Shown: in pieces, positions 63,824-64,000 of the stretch
Position numbering within the stretch: position 1 is the stretch's first letter
Layout of the letters: each line of letters opens with the position of its first letter
Origin: Tubulanus polymorphus
Lineage: Eukaryota; Animalia; Nemertea
Length of the DNA stretch: 64,000 nt
Direction: 5' to 3'
Assembly (NCBI RefSeq): GCF_964204645.1
Contig: NC_134035.1
Coordinates: 9,704,451-9,768,450 of the forward strand
The notes under the pieces: model-generated
Seen by the model: the letters and a program-made list of their open reading frames with translations, nothing else
The model's database searches: none
What the model was told of the DNA's origin: nothing
Position numbers and translations under genes: made by a program

Positions 63824-64000
63824 GGCGAGGATCATACGCAACCGAGAATCACTGATCTAGTATTCTTTTCCAAGCACATTCAAAAAGAGGGGGGAGAATC
63901 CATTATTATTTATTATCAATTCGTAAAATAGAAAACTTTCCCGGATTAAAAGCTTAAAATACGCGCGCATCGTACACGCAGGGTCGCGAGCGTACCGAGG

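Overview
AT-rich, intron-rich animal (invertebrate-type) genomic DNA; the species cannot be identified from sequence alone. (1) <1-12103 (+): the 3' part of a spliced, now disabled gene for a KDZ (Kyakuja-Dileera-Zisupton / HMGXB3-like) transposase. It is fused to a Josephin-like cysteine-protease domain, six tandemly duplicated acidic exons, two PHD fingers and a Cys-rich tail. It has an in-frame stop and is split inside an exon by (2) a complete, very young BEL/Pao LTR retrotransposon (5292-11307; identical 242-bp LTRs, AGAGT TSD, tRNA-His PBS). (3) A GT15 (KRE2/MNT1-like alpha-1,2-mannosyltransferase) gene with an intron-free catalytic region. (4) Four conserved spliced genes in two head-to-head pairs: GBE1(-)/LIN9(+) and a meiotic HORMAD with PHD plus probable winged helix(-)/ROPN1L(+). 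Introns and spacers carry many MITEs, a Helentron-type element, tRNA-derived SINE remnants, mini- and microsatellites, Penelope-type minimal hammerhead-ribozyme remnants and an 18S rRNA fragment. The last ~7.5 kb has no supportable coding gene. The best candidate for an undescribed system is the KDZ transposase-Josephin-2xPHD fusion. All exon models were reconstructed by eye from splice signals, phase and recalled family motifs; no database searches were run.
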